DNA of 63,573 nucleotides, filler included, from Actinomycetota bacterium (GCA_025963875.1; 5 parts of 5 records of this genome joined end to end with filler, not necessarily neighbours in it); one strand, 5' to 3'; shown: positions 50,068 through 60,078, counted from the first letter of the whole stretch. Numbers and translations are program-made. The notes: generated by a model from the letters alone, not told the origin.

Positions 50068-50418
50068 TTGATTCTTGTCCACCGGCTCCGCGGCGAGCCC
50101 ATGTTCATCAACGAAGACCTGATCGAGTCGATTGAAGCGACGCCGGACACGGTCCTCACCCTGGTGGACGGGCGCAAGATTGTCGTCGCCGACCCGCCCC
50201 AGATGATCGTCGACCGGGCACGCGTGTACCGGGCCTCGGTGCTCGCAGCCACCGACGAACTGCGCTCGCGCAGCGAGGGCGGCGAGGTCCTGCAGTTCCC
50301 CGTCGCCGGCGCAGGAGCGAATTCCGGAGCGAATTCCGGAGCGAATTCTGACCCGAAGGCCGAGTCGAAGGCCGGTTCCCGGGCCTCCGTGCGGCGCCCG
50401 GTCGGGGGGGATCGCTGA
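50068..50418 (+). CDS. flbD: Flagellar FlbD-family protein
   Basis: MILVHRLRGEPMFINEDLIESIEATPDTVLTLVDGRKIVV; 12-bp GANS x3 repeat at 50314-50349. Confidence 0.9.
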   Translation: MILVHRLRGEPMFINEDLIESIEATPDTVLTLVDGRKIVVADPPQMIVDRARVYRASVLAATDELRSRSEGGEVLQFPVAGAGANSGANSGANSDPKAESKAGSRASVRRPVGGDR

Positions 50419-51218
50419 TGGCTCCCGTCGCCATCGGCATGTTCCTGGCACTGGGGGCACTCCTCTTTGCCGCGGTCCTCGAGAAGATCAACATGATGGC
50501 CCTGATCGCCCCCTCGCCGATGATCCTGGTGTTCGTCGGCAGCCTGGGCGCCACCTTCATCGCCTACAAGACCAAGGAGTGGAAGCGCATCCCGAAGGTG
50601 CTCGGCGTGGCGCTGAAGGGCAAGGTCCCCGACCCCGACGAGCTGGTCACCACGTTCGCCCACTTCGCCGACGTCGCCCGCAAGGAGGGCATGCTGGCCC
50701 TGGAGAGCGAGATCGGCAAGCTCGAGGACCCCTTCCTCAAGACCGGTTTGCAGCTTGTCATCGATGGCGTCGACGGCGAGCAGGTCCGGGAGGTCCTGGA
50801 GGTCGAGATCGAGTCGCTGACCCACCGCCACCACGACATGGCACAGTTCTTCCTCACCCTGGGCGGGTTCGCCCCCACCTTCGGGCTCATGGGCACCATC
50901 GTGGGGCTCATCGGCGTCCTGCGCGACCTGTCCGACCCGACCAAGCTCGGCAAGGGGATGGCGCTGGGGCTGCTCGGCACGCTCTGGGGCGTCATCGCTG
51001 CCAACCTCTTCTTCATGCCGATCGGCACGAAGCTGAACCGCCTGCACGACGCGGAGGTCGCCGTGCGCCGCATCGCCATCGAGGGCGTCCTCGGTATCCG
51101 TGAGGGCATGGCCAGCCGCATCCTGGTGGAGCGGCTGGAGGCACGCCTCAGCCCGGAACTGCGCAAGGGACACACCGGCCGGGCCGGCAAGTCGGCAGCT
51201 CCGCCGGTGGCCGCCTGA
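50418..51218 (+). CDS. motA: Flagellar stator MotA
   Basis: ARKEGMLALE, GLQLVIDG, APTFGLMGTIVGLI, GTLWG, ANLFFMPIGTKL. Confidence 0.95.
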   Translation: MAPVAIGMFLALGALLFAAVLEKINMMALIAPSPMILVFVGSLGATFIAYKTKEWKRIPKVLGVALKGKVPDPDELVTTFAHFADVARKEGMLALESEIGKLEDPFLKTGLQLVIDGVDGEQVREVLEVEIESLTHRHHDMAQFFLTLGGFAPTFGLMGTIVGLIGVLRDLSDPTKLGKGMALGLLGTLWGVIAANLFFMPIGTKLNRLHDAEVAVRRIAIEGVLGIREGMASRILVERLEARLSPELRKGHTGRAGKSAAPPVAA

Positions 51219-52108
51219 TGTCCGGTGGCGGCGGGGCCGACTCGCGCTGGCTGATCACGTACGGGGACCTCGTGACCCTGCTGATGGCGTTCTTCATTGC
51301 CCTCTACGGCATCTCGCATTCGGACCAGAAGAAGTTCCAGGAGTTCCTGAAGGGCCTGGGACCGTTCGGCAACGCTGCGGCCGCGAACACCGGCATCCTC
51401 AAGGGTGGCCCGAGCATCGTCGGTGCTGGCACCGGCGTCGGCAACGCCAAGTCCGGGTCGGCAGCCGTCGGGGGGTCCGGCGTCTCGGCCACGGGCTCGT
51501 CTGCCGGCTCGGCCGGCGGCGCGGGTACTGGCTCGGCCATCAGCGCCGTCACCAGGGCGGCCCTCGCCGGTGCCTCCAGCGGGGCCACGACCGCGGTCCT
51601 CAGCGGGGGTATCACCCCGGGCGTCCATGCCGGGCAGTCGGACCTGGCAGCGGTGGCCTACCACATCCAGCAGGGCCTGCAGGCACAGGGCTTCGGCAGC
51701 GCGGTCACCTTCACCGTCGAAAGTCGTGGGCTCGTCGCGACCATCGCCACCGACCACGTCCTGTTCGACTCGGGCTCGCCGCACATCAGCCCCTCGGGCG
51801 AGCGGATCATCGGCGCCATCGGGAGCACGCTCGCGCGGCTCTCGAACCCGGTGCTGATCGAGGGCCACACCGACAACGTCCCGCTCAACAGCAACGGCTA
51901 CACCAACTGGAACCTCTCGACCGACCGCGCGGTGGCAGTCCTGCAGATCCTCCAGAGCGGTTACGCCATCACCCCGACCAGGCTCTCGGCCGCCGGCTAC
52001 GGCGAATTCCACCCGGCAGCCTCCGACGCGACGCCCGAGGGCCGGGCCGCCAACCGGCGGGTCGAGATCGTGATCCTCACCGATCCATCCACCCCCGCCG
52101 CACCCTAA
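51218..52108 (+). CDS. motB: Flagellar stator MotB
   Basis: WLITYGDLVTLLMAFF, IEGHTDN, NWNLSTDRA, NRRVEI. Confidence 0.95.
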   Translation: MSGGGGADSRWLITYGDLVTLLMAFFIALYGISHSDQKKFQEFLKGLGPFGNAAAANTGILKGGPSIVGAGTGVGNAKSGSAAVGGSGVSATGSSAGSAGGAGTGSAISAVTRAALAGASSGATTAVLSGGITPGVHAGQSDLAAVAYHIQQGLQAQGFGSAVTFTVESRGLVATIATDHVLFDSGSPHISPSGERIIGAIGSTLARLSNPVLIEGHTDNVPLNSNGYTNWNLSTDRAVAVLQILQSGYAITPTRLSAAGYGEFHPAASDATPEGRAANRRVEIVILTDPSTPAAP

Positions 52109-52132
52109 CGACCAGGAAAGACAGGAGTCACC

Positions 52133-52603
52133 ATGGCAAAAGACAAAGCCGCCGCCCAGGAGGGGGACGTCAAGAAAAAGGGCAAGGGCAAGATCATCAT
52201 CATCCTCGTGGTCGTGCTGGTCGCCGGGATCGGGGCGAAGTTCACCGTCCTTTCGGGCGGCAAGGCCAGCGGCAAGGCGACGGCGACCCCCGCCCCGACG
52301 CCAACGCCGGGGGTGGTGATCGACCTGGGCACCATGACGATCAACCTCGCAGATCCGGGGCGCTACGCCCTCGTGGGCCTCGCGGTCGAGCTTGGCCCGA
52401 CCGGGACCGCCGAGAAATTCACGCCCGAGATGCCCTTGCTGAAAGACGCGACGGTCCGCAAGCTCGCCGGTTGGACCGCAGCGAGGCTGCTGTCGACGAC
52501 CGGCCAGGAAGACGTGCGGACCCAGCTCACCGACCAGGCCCAGCAGCTCTTCGGAAAGGATTCGGTCGTCAAGGTACTGCTCACCGAGCTCATCGTGCAG
52601 TAG
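52133..52603 (+). CDS. fliL: Flagellar basal body-associated protein FliL
   Basis: Lys-rich N-terminus with TM, TINLAD, C-terminal VLLTELIVQ. Confidence 0.9.
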   Translation: MAKDKAAAQEGDVKKKGKGKIIIILVVVLVAGIGAKFTVLSGGKASGKATATPAPTPTPGVVIDLGTMTINLADPGRYALVGLAVELGPTGTAEKFTPEMPLLKDATVRKLAGWTAARLLSTTGQEDVRTQLTDQAQQLFGKDSVVKVLLTELIVQ

Positions 52604-52633
52604 ACGGGCGTCCCACTTCGTAGCCGGTTCCCC

Positions 52634-52660
52634 TTGACTAGGCGACGTCGCGGCCGACTA
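52634..52660 (+). promoter_or_regulatory. Sigma28-like promoter upstream of fliM
   Basis: TTGA-N15-GCCGACTA. Confidence 0.5.
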
Positions 52661-52704
52661 CCCCAAATGAAGGCCGTGATGCCCGAGCTTGGGAGGCGAC
52701 ACCG

Positions 52705-53543
52705 TTGGAGACCGGAATTCTGGAGGCAGGCGGGGCTGCGCCCGGCCAGGCCCATCCCGCCACGGTCACGCGCGCCGACGATCGTCCGTGGTTCGAGCTC
52801 CGCCGCTCCGACGTCCTGACGCCGGAGCAGGTCGGCATCATCCGGGAGCTCCACCGGGGTTTCTCGCGCGAGGTCGGCCGCCGGGCCGGGAACGCGCTCC
52901 GCACCCTGGTACAGGTGTCGGCGACCGACGCCCAGCAGCGCCCCTACCGCTCCTTCGCCACCCGCATCGCGGTGCCGTGCATCGTCGCCCCCGTCAGTCT
53001 CGACCCGCTCCCCGGGGCCCTCGTCATCGCGATGCCCGGGCAGGCGGCGTTGTGCCTCGTGGACCGCCTGATGGGCGGCGACGGCCGAGCCTGTCCCGCG
53101 CGCGTCCCCACGGACCTGGAGATGCTGCTGATCGCCGACTTCCTCCAGCCCCTCCTCGTGCCGCTCACCGAGGCGTTCGAACCCGTGGTGGCCATCCGGC
53201 CCTCCCTCACCGCCATCGAGACCAACCCCGCCCTGCTCCGGGTCATCCCGGCGGCCGACATGACGTTGGTGCTGCCACTGGTCCTCACCTTCCCGGGCGC
53301 ACCCATGCCGGACGCCGTCCTCAGTCTCTGCTACCCCGTCACGACGCTGCGAGCGGCGTTCGAGCTGCTCGATCCCGGCGCAGGGCAGGAGCCACCTGTG
53401 GAGCTTCCCTTCGCCGCAGGGATGAGCTCCCAGCTCTCGCACGTGGATGTCGATCTCTCCGTGCACCTCAAGCCCTCACCCATCCCCGCCGGCGACATCG
53501 TCGGCCTCCGGATCGGCGACGTGCTCCGCCTCGACCACAAGAC
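52705..53543 (+). CDS. fliM: Flagellar motor switch protein FliM (divergent, truncated by contig end)
   Basis: FELRRSDVLTPEQ..., VDRLMGGDG, PTDLE, IETNP, LCYP, LRIGDVLRLDH. Confidence 0.85.
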
Positions 53544-53643
53544 NNNNNNNNNNNNNNNNNNNNNNNNNNNNNNNNNNNNNNNNNNNNTTAATTAATTAAN
53601 NNNNNNNNNNNNNNNNNNNNNNNNNNNNNNNNNNNNNNNNNNN
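53544..53643. other. Artificial contig spacer
   Basis: N-run with TTAATTAATTAA. Confidence 0.99.
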
Positions 53644-53838
53644 GAGGGCATCGAGTTCCGCGTCATCAACATTGCGGCCAACGGTCCAGTCGTGTTGACC
53701 GAGCGGGTGGACGTCTTCAGGCTCTCTGACAAGTCGTTCGAGCTGCCCGTCATGGGGGCCTTCGAGGTCAGCGACGGCAAAATCAAGGCCTGGCGGGACT
53801 ATTTCGACATGAACCAATTCACCAGCCAGATGAAATAA
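53644..53838 (+). CDS. Limonene-1,2-epoxide hydrolase family protein, C-terminal part
   Basis: Manual read: GPVVLTERVDVF...LPVMGAFEVSDGKIKAWRDYFD. Confidence 0.85.
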   Translation, partial: EGIEFRVINIAANGPVVLTERVDVFRLSDKSFELPVMGAFEVSDGKIKAWRDYFDMNQFTSQMK

Positions 53839-54042
53839 GGCTGGACCCGCTCGGCGTTCCGGAGGTCCGCAGAATCGATATGCGTACTTTGCCCGATCCG
53901 GTGGGCCATCGAGTAAAAACGCCATAACGATGCCCGGAGCCGGCGTTATGGGCGCCCCCGCTCGTCGTTCTGGCACGAGGGACCTCGGTAGCTGGGCGAG
54001 CGCATCGCGGGCAATCTGGCGCGTCCGGGGGTTGCGACCACG

Positions 54043-54858
54043 TCAGTGGTGGTGGCCCTGGCGGCCGAGGGTCTCCACGGGGGTCGCGCCGGGGCGGGTC
54101 CACTGCGGCACGGGCCGGCTGGTCGGGCCCCAGGTGGCGACGCCGTCGGCGTCCGAGCGCCAGTACCAGCAGATCGGCGAGCCATGCCCACCGACCGGCG
54201 AGCCGGCCTGAGGGGCCTCGGGCCAGCCCTCGGGGTTGTCCTCCCACGCCTCGCGGCGGCCGTAGGGCGTCATGTCGAGCAGGCCGAGGGACCCGTTGAC
54301 CGGCTCGTTGCCCCGGCCGGTCGTGGAGTAGGTGAGGAACACGCGGTCGCCGTCGCGCAGGAAACAGACGATGTGCCCCATTTCTCCGCCGACCGGCGCC
54401 TCCACGCCCCACACCGAGTACCAGGGCTGGGTGTAACCCATGAACTCGACGTAGGGAGCCACCTCGTCCCACGGGCCCGAGGTCAGGACGGCGAACGAGA
54501 CACCGCGGGCGTTGAGGTAGACGGCGTCCTTCACGTACCAGGCCGTGGTGGTGCAGCCCTCGCACTGCCCCTGGTACGGCGCGCCGTCGTACCACATGTG
54601 CTGGTAGACCACGAGCTCGTCGCGACCCTGGAACAGGTCGACGAACGGGACCGGCCCGTCAACGCCGGTGACCTCGACCGCGCCGTCGAGCTCGACCATC
54701 GGCAGCCGCCGTCGGGCCGCGGCGATCGCGTCGCCCTCATGGGTGTGCGCCTTCTCGCGGACCAGCAGCTCCTCGCGCGCCGCCTGCCAGGTGGCCAGGT
54801 CGACGACGGGCGGCTTGCCGGGGAGGTTGCTGCTCGCGTCGCCGGGCGTGGTCGTCAT
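54043..54858 (-). CDS. DUF899 family (thioredoxin-like) protein
   Basis: WQAAREELLVREKAHT...RRRLPMV, DLFQGR, QCEGC, FLTYSTTGRG, LDMTPYGRRE; GGAGG RBS. Confidence 0.9.
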   Translation of the reverse strand: MTTTPGDASSNLPGKPPVVDLATWQAAREELLVREKAHTHEGDAIAAARRRLPMVELDGAVEVTGVDGPVPFVDLFQGRDELVVYQHMWYDGAPYQGQCEGCTTTAWYVKDAVYLNARGVSFAVLTSGPWDEVAPYVEFMGYTQPWYSVWGVEAPVGGEMGHIVCFLRDGDRVFLTYSTTGRGNEPVNGSLGLLDMTPYGRREAWEDNPEGWPEAPQAGSPVGGHGSPICWYWRSDADGVATWGPTSRPVPQWTRPGATPVETLGRQGHHH

Positions 54859-54918
54859 GGTGTCCTCCGTTGTCTCGTCTCGTGCGCTCGCGGGCTCCCT
54901 GCGGCGCCTGTCAACTGA

Positions 54919-54945
54919 GACGACTCACAGTACCGAAACTCATCG
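54919..54945 (-). promoter_or_regulatory. SigG/ECF56-like promoter of the DUF899 gene
   Basis: CGATGA-N18-GTC on the minus strand (GCGATGAGTTT core). Confidence 0.5.
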
Positions 54946-55137
54946 CGATCCGAGTGCCAGGTTTACCTTCCGCGCCACAGGCCGCGCGCCGAGCGCACCG
55001 ACACCCACTCCTGCGTGAGATCGCCGGATGGCTGGATCGCGGTCGCACGCCAGATGCGACAGAGCCGCCTGCGCCATAACTGCCGAGATGCGTGGAAGCC
55101 GGCACGCCGAGAACGAGCAGAACGCGCGTACAGATCG

Positions 55138-56547
55138 CTAGTGCACCCCCGCATAAGTCCCACGCGTATTCGCGTCGGATCCCTGCGATCCTCGCACGGT
55201 GCCGTTGTTCACGGCATGAACCGCCCCCGGCGCCGGGGACCCGGCTCCTAGACGGCTCGCCTGCGAGCGACTCCCGGGTCTCCCCGGGCGGCCCGGTGCC
55301 GGGCAGGACCTGCGCTCGTCGTAGAGATGACGGCGCCGGTCACGCCGTGCTGGGACAGTCCCAGCCCGACGGTGCGTGACGCGTGCGGGTGCACGCATGG
55401 ATCCGCCGCCTCGGGCGGCGATGTTTCGGGCACCGACGAGATCCCGGTGGCCCGTGTGCCCGCAGTGCGGGCAGGAGAAGGAGCGTCCCCTGGGCTTGGG
55501 GACGGCCTTCTGGCACTCCGGGCAGGTGGACGACGTCCCCCGCTCGTTCACGAGCACCACCTCGATCCCCGCCAGCTCCGCCTTGTCGGACAGGCACGCC
55601 AGCAGATGCGTGCGCCGCCAGTTGCGAAGCCGCAGGCTCTGGTGGCGGCCGCAGTCCCTGGTGGTGATGCCCTTGGGATCGCCGACGACCACGGTGCCCA
55701 CCCTGTGCTCCACCAGCCACGACACCACAGCCTTGGCCGCCTCGTGCTGGCCCTGGCGGACCCTGCGGCGGTGACGGGCCTCGGCCCTGCGCCGGGATGC
55801 CCGATGGCGCCGCCATCGGCGGCTGCCCCTCTCGCCCTTGGAGGGTGCCTTTCCCGCCGCCTTCCGGGAGCGGCGCTTGGTGTCCTCCAGATGCAGGCGT
55901 TCCTCGGCTCGGATGGCCCGGCCCGAGACCAGGAGACCCTCGTCGCCGGCCATCACAGCGTAGGGATGGATGATGCCGAGGTCGACACCGGCGGTCATGG
56001 CCGGATCCAGGTCGTGCACCTCCACCGCCACCTCGGCCGTGACGTCGAGGTAGAGCCTCCCCGCCTCGGCGACGAGGGTGAGCGAGCGGAGCGACTCAAC
56101 CGGGTAGGGGATCGCCCGACCCAGACGCACCCACAACTCGGGAGCGCCCCGGGCCACGCCGAGGCGGACCCGGGACCCGTCAAAGGAGAAGCAACCGAAG
56201 CGGAAGCGCGCGGGGACCAGGCCCCGCTTGCGGCGGGGGAAGCCCGCCCGAAGCCCTGCCTTCTGGCGCTTGGCGGCCTCGAAGAAGGCGATGGAATAGT
56301 TCTTCAGGACGTTCTCGGCGCAGTGCCGGGACAGCTCCCCAAAGGCCGTGCCCGTGAGCTCCCGGCACAGGGCCGAGAAGTTGGCCACCTCGGGGCGGTG
56401 CTGCTCCCGGAGCTGGCGGTTGCAGTCGATCACCCAGGCCCACACGTCCCCGGCGGAGCGCAGCAGGCCGAAGCACCGACGGCGCTGGGCAGGCGTGGTC
56501 CGCAGGGCGACCCTGGCGGTGCGGTGAACCGTGCGAATGAAACACAT
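55138..56547 (-). CDS. tnpB: RNA-guided endonuclease TnpB (no tnpA nearby)
   Basis: GFPRRK, RuvC-I AGVDLG, VVGD, VNERGTSSTCPEC...CPHC zinc finger, RuvC-III HRDLVGARNI. Confidence 0.95.
   Translation of the reverse strand: MCFIRTVHRTARVALRTTPAQRRRCFGLLRSAGDVWAWVIDCNRQLREQHRPEVANFSALCRELTGTAFGELSRHCAENVLKNYSIAFFEAAKRQKAGLRAGFPRRKRGLVPARFRFGCFSFDGSRVRLGVARGAPELWVRLGRAIPYPVESLRSLTLVAEAGRLYLDVTAEVAVEVHDLDPAMTAGVDLGIIHPYAVMAGDEGLLVSGRAIRAEERLHLEDTKRRSRKAAGKAPSKGERGSRRWRRHRASRRRAEARHRRRVRQGQHEAAKAVVSWLVEHRVGTVVVGDPKGITTRDCGRHQSLRLRNWRRTHLLACLSDKAELAGIEVVLVNERGTSSTCPECQKAVPKPRGRSFSCPHCGHTGHRDLVGARNIAARGGGSMRAPARVTHRRAGTVPARRDRRRHLYDERRSCPAPGRPGRPGSRSQASRLGAGSPAPGAVHAVNNGTVRGSQGSDANTRGTYAGVH
55141..55320 (-). 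ncRNA. Predicted omegaRNA scaffold overlapping the 3' end of tnpB
   Basis: Hairpins at 55162-55175, 55200-55216, 55225-55238, 55255-55268, 55273-55288 and 55292-55303, under a non-conserved C-terminal tail. Confidence 0.65.
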
Positions 56548-56552
56548 GTTCG
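56539..56552 (-). promoter_or_regulatory. LexA (SOS) box over the tnpB start codon
   Basis: CGAAC-ATGT-GTTTC matches Gram-positive CGAACRNRYGTTYC. Confidence 0.7.
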
Positions 56553-56554
56553 CA

Positions 56555-56576
56555 AGGATAGCGAGAGGTGCCGACA
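56555..56576 (-). promoter_or_regulatory. PafBC-dependent (RecA-NDp) promoter motif
   Basis: TGTCGG-cacctctcgc(N10)-TATCCT, ending 7 nt before the ATG. Confidence 0.75.
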
Positions 56577-56689
56577 GAAAACGGGCCGTTTTCGAGACCG
56601 GACGAAGAAAGCTTGAAAGACAGGCGACCCTTCTCATCTCGAAGATATGGAGGGCCAAATCAACTGACTGTTATTAATGCGAGGCAGCG

Positions 56690-57807
56690 CTAGGCCGTTC
56701 GGCGCCGGATCCACCCGATGGTCGCAGCCCCGCAGAGCAGCGCAAGGAGCACGTAGGCCGCGGCCTCGACGCCCTGGAAGTGCCAGAAGCGGCTGGCCGG
56801 CTGGTAGCTGACCCCGAGCTGATAGCCGTGCTGGGTCAGCCAGGTCGGGAAGGTGTCGCTGGGTCCTCCTGAGCCAGGTACCGGAGCAGCCCGGGCAGGA
56901 CCTCCGGTGGGCAGCCCGGGGTCGAAGTTGGCCTGCTTGAGCAGGTCGGTGATCTGCGGGGAGGTCAGATGGTGCCCGGAGGCGTCCTGGGTCCAGCGGG
57001 CGACCTCCCAGGCGGTCTGGGGCGCAACCGTCCCGACGCTGGCGGTGCCGTTCGAGAACTCGATCGCGAGCGGGGTGCGCGCCGCACCGGTCGCGGCGAG
57101 ATGGGTGACGGGCGTTTCGATGAGCGGCCGGAGCCCAAACATCGAGAGGAGGACCACGGCGAGCCACAGCACTGCGGTGGCCGCCATCGCCGGGACCGTG
57201 CGACGGATGAGCGTCCCGGCAAGGGCCCCGAGCATGAAGGCGAACAGCGTCCTGGCCGCAAAGACGATGCCGGAGACCTCGTAAGCCTGGGCCGGGTTCA
57301 TCCTTCCCATGATCGACAGCCACGGCCCGTACCACCAGGTGAAGAGGAGGGAGAACCCGATCGCCAGGACGGTCAGGACCGTCGCCAGGATCACCAGCTT
57401 TGCAACGATCCAGCGCACGCGGCTGCGGCCCTGTGTCCATGCGAAGCGGTAGGTGCCCGACTCCAGCTCCCGGGCCACCAGGGGGGCGCCCACGAACAAA
57501 CCGAGGAGCCCTGGGAGCAGCATCAGGAACGTCGGCAGCGTCTCTGCCGGGCCTCGGTAGTGCTGCTGGAAGAGATCGAGCTGCACATGGCAGGCGCCCG
57601 AGAAGAGATCGCCACAGGTCGCGAGCCCGTACCGGTGGAAGGCATGATGCATGGCGAGACCGTTGATCACGAGGAACGCTCCGAGGCCCCCGAGCACCAG
57701 GAGGGCGCCGCCGAGTGCGAAGCGGTGCTGGCGCCAGGTGACCCAGGGAAGCCCGCGCAGGACCCCCCGCCGTGCGGGACGACCGGTGAACTCAAGGGTG
57801 GTGACGC

Positions 57808-57811
<4 letters not shown>
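56690..57811 (-). CDS. ABC transporter permease
   Basis: WVTWRQHR, GAPLVARELESGTYRFAWTQ, YQPASRFWHFQ, multiple TM segments. Confidence 0.9.
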
Positions 57812-58712
<901 letters not shown>

Positions 58713-58716
<4 letters not shown>

Positions 58717-59183
58717 GAGGCGGCCGCCGTATGGCCCGCCCCGCGTTCACGGGGTGCTTTTCCCAGTGATGGCTGCTGCGTGCGGTCGTTCAGGGCGCTG
58801 GTGAACAGGGCGGTGATCCCCTCGGGGTCGAGCCCGGCCTCGAGCGCGGTGTCGAGCCAGCGGGCCAGCCCTTTCTGGAGGGTCTGCTGATCCCGCAGGG
58901 GAACGACCTCGAGCGTTCCCTCGACGAAGGTGCCCTGCCCGGGCCGGCCGGCGACGAGGCCCTTGTGCTCCAGCTCGCGGTAAGCCTTGAGCACGGTGTT
59001 CGGGTTGATTGCCAATGCAGCCACAACCTCCTTGACGGTGGGAAGCCGGTCGCCGGGCTCCAGGTAGCCAAGGCGGAGCGCATGCTGCACCTGACGGACG
59101 ATCTGCTGGTAGGTCGGCACCCCCGAACCCGGGTCGAGCCGAAAGACGATCGAAGCTCCATCCACTGCTTTATCTATCACCAT
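58713..59183 (-). CDS. GntR (YtrA subfamily) regulator
   Basis: VPTYQQIV, GDRLPTVKE, INPNTVLKAYRELE, GQGTFV. Confidence 0.92.
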
Positions 59184-59370
59184 AGTTAAATGGTTGCATA
59201 GATCGTGCCCGAGGTCAATGGGGTTGCCAGGGAGGCGGGGAACTCTCTTCAGCCCGAATCCGGGTCGGCCTCTGGTCCTCCTCCTCCGGCCCTCGGGGGA
59301 GCCGCAGGCCGGACCTCGGAAGTGTGGCTCTGGGCACGCCGCGCCGTCGAGATTCGGGGGGCTTCGGGAC

Positions 59371-60078
59371 TCAGTCCGGAGGCTCCGAGGGGCGGAGCAG
59401 CCACCGGTAGCCGATGCCGGGGTCGGTGACGACGATGCGGGGCCGTCGCGGGTCCTCCTCGATCTTGCGCCGAAGCTGGCTGACGAACACGCGCAGCACA
59501 TCGACGTCACCTTCATAGCCATTCCCCCACACCCGGTCGAGGAGCCAGCCGTGCGTGAGGAGCTTGCCCGGGTGCTGAGCGAGCGCCTCGACCAGCGACC
59601 ACTCCGTCTTCGTCAGGTGGATCTCCGCGCCGCCACGGGCGATGGTGTGGCTGGAGAGGTCGATCGAGAGATCGCCGTCGTTGAAACGGAACGGCCCGGG
59701 TGTTCCCTGGCCCCCCGTCCGGCGCAGAAGCGCCCGCACCCGGGCCATCAGCTCGTCGACGCCAAAGGGCTTCGTCAGGTAGTCGTCTGCGCCCAGATCC
59801 AGCGCCGCCACCTTGTCGGCCTCGTCCTCACGGACGGACAGCACGAGGATGGGGACCGCGCTCCACGCGCGGAGGTGCCGGCATACCGCCAGACCGTCGA
59901 GCTCGGGCAGGTTGAGGTCGAGGATCACGAGGTCGGGGTCGAAGGTCCGGGCGGCACCGATGGCCTCCTCTCCGTCGGCGGCAACCTCGACGGCGAAGCC
60001 CCGGGACGAAAGGGCACGACGGACCGCCTTGCGGATGGCCTCCTCGTCATCGACGACCAGGACCTTGCCCTTTTTCAC
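59371..60078 (-). CDS. KdpE-like response regulator
   Basis: VVDDE, DKVAALDLGADDYLTKPF, LRRKIEEDPRRP..TDPGIGYR. Confidence 0.9.
   Translation of the reverse strand: MKKGKVLVVDDEEAIRKAVRRALSSRGFAVEVAADGEEAIGAARTFDPDLVILDLNLPELDGLAVCRHLRAWSAVPILVLSVREDEADKVAALDLGADDYLTKPFGVDELMARVRALLRRTGGQGTPGPFRFNDGDLSIDLSSHTIARGGAEIHLTKTEWSLVEALAQHPGKLLTHGWLLDRVWGNGYEGDVDVLRVFVSQLRRKIEEDPRRPRIVVTDPGIGYRWLLRPSEPPD

Larger units (their letters stand above)
55138..56600 (-). mobile_element. Non-autonomous IS200/IS605-superfamily (IS1341-like) element; ends approximate
   Basis: Solo tnpB, structured right end, palindrome GAAAACGG-G-CCGTTTTC at 56577-56593 near the left end. Confidence 0.6.

Noticed and set aside
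51245..51315. Ala at the MotB position often linked to ion selectivity (FFIAL)
   Set aside because: From memory, FIAL also occurs in other MotB proteins, and this position alone does not predict the coupling ion.
53919..53955. CGCCATAAC...GTTATGGGCG inverted repeat resembling attC ends (CGCCATAAC recurs at 55072)
   Set aside because: Far too short for attC and no integrase or cassette array; more likely a terminator between convergent genes.
54860..55140. Possible CRISPR array next to tnpB (Cas12-like locus)
   Set aside because: No repeat-spacer periodicity seen here or elsewhere in the window.
55138..56547. Nuclease-dead TldR-type repressor linked to flagellar or CsrA control
   Set aside because: Both RuvC Asp residues and a plausible relocated Glu are present, and the flagellar genes are on a different contig.
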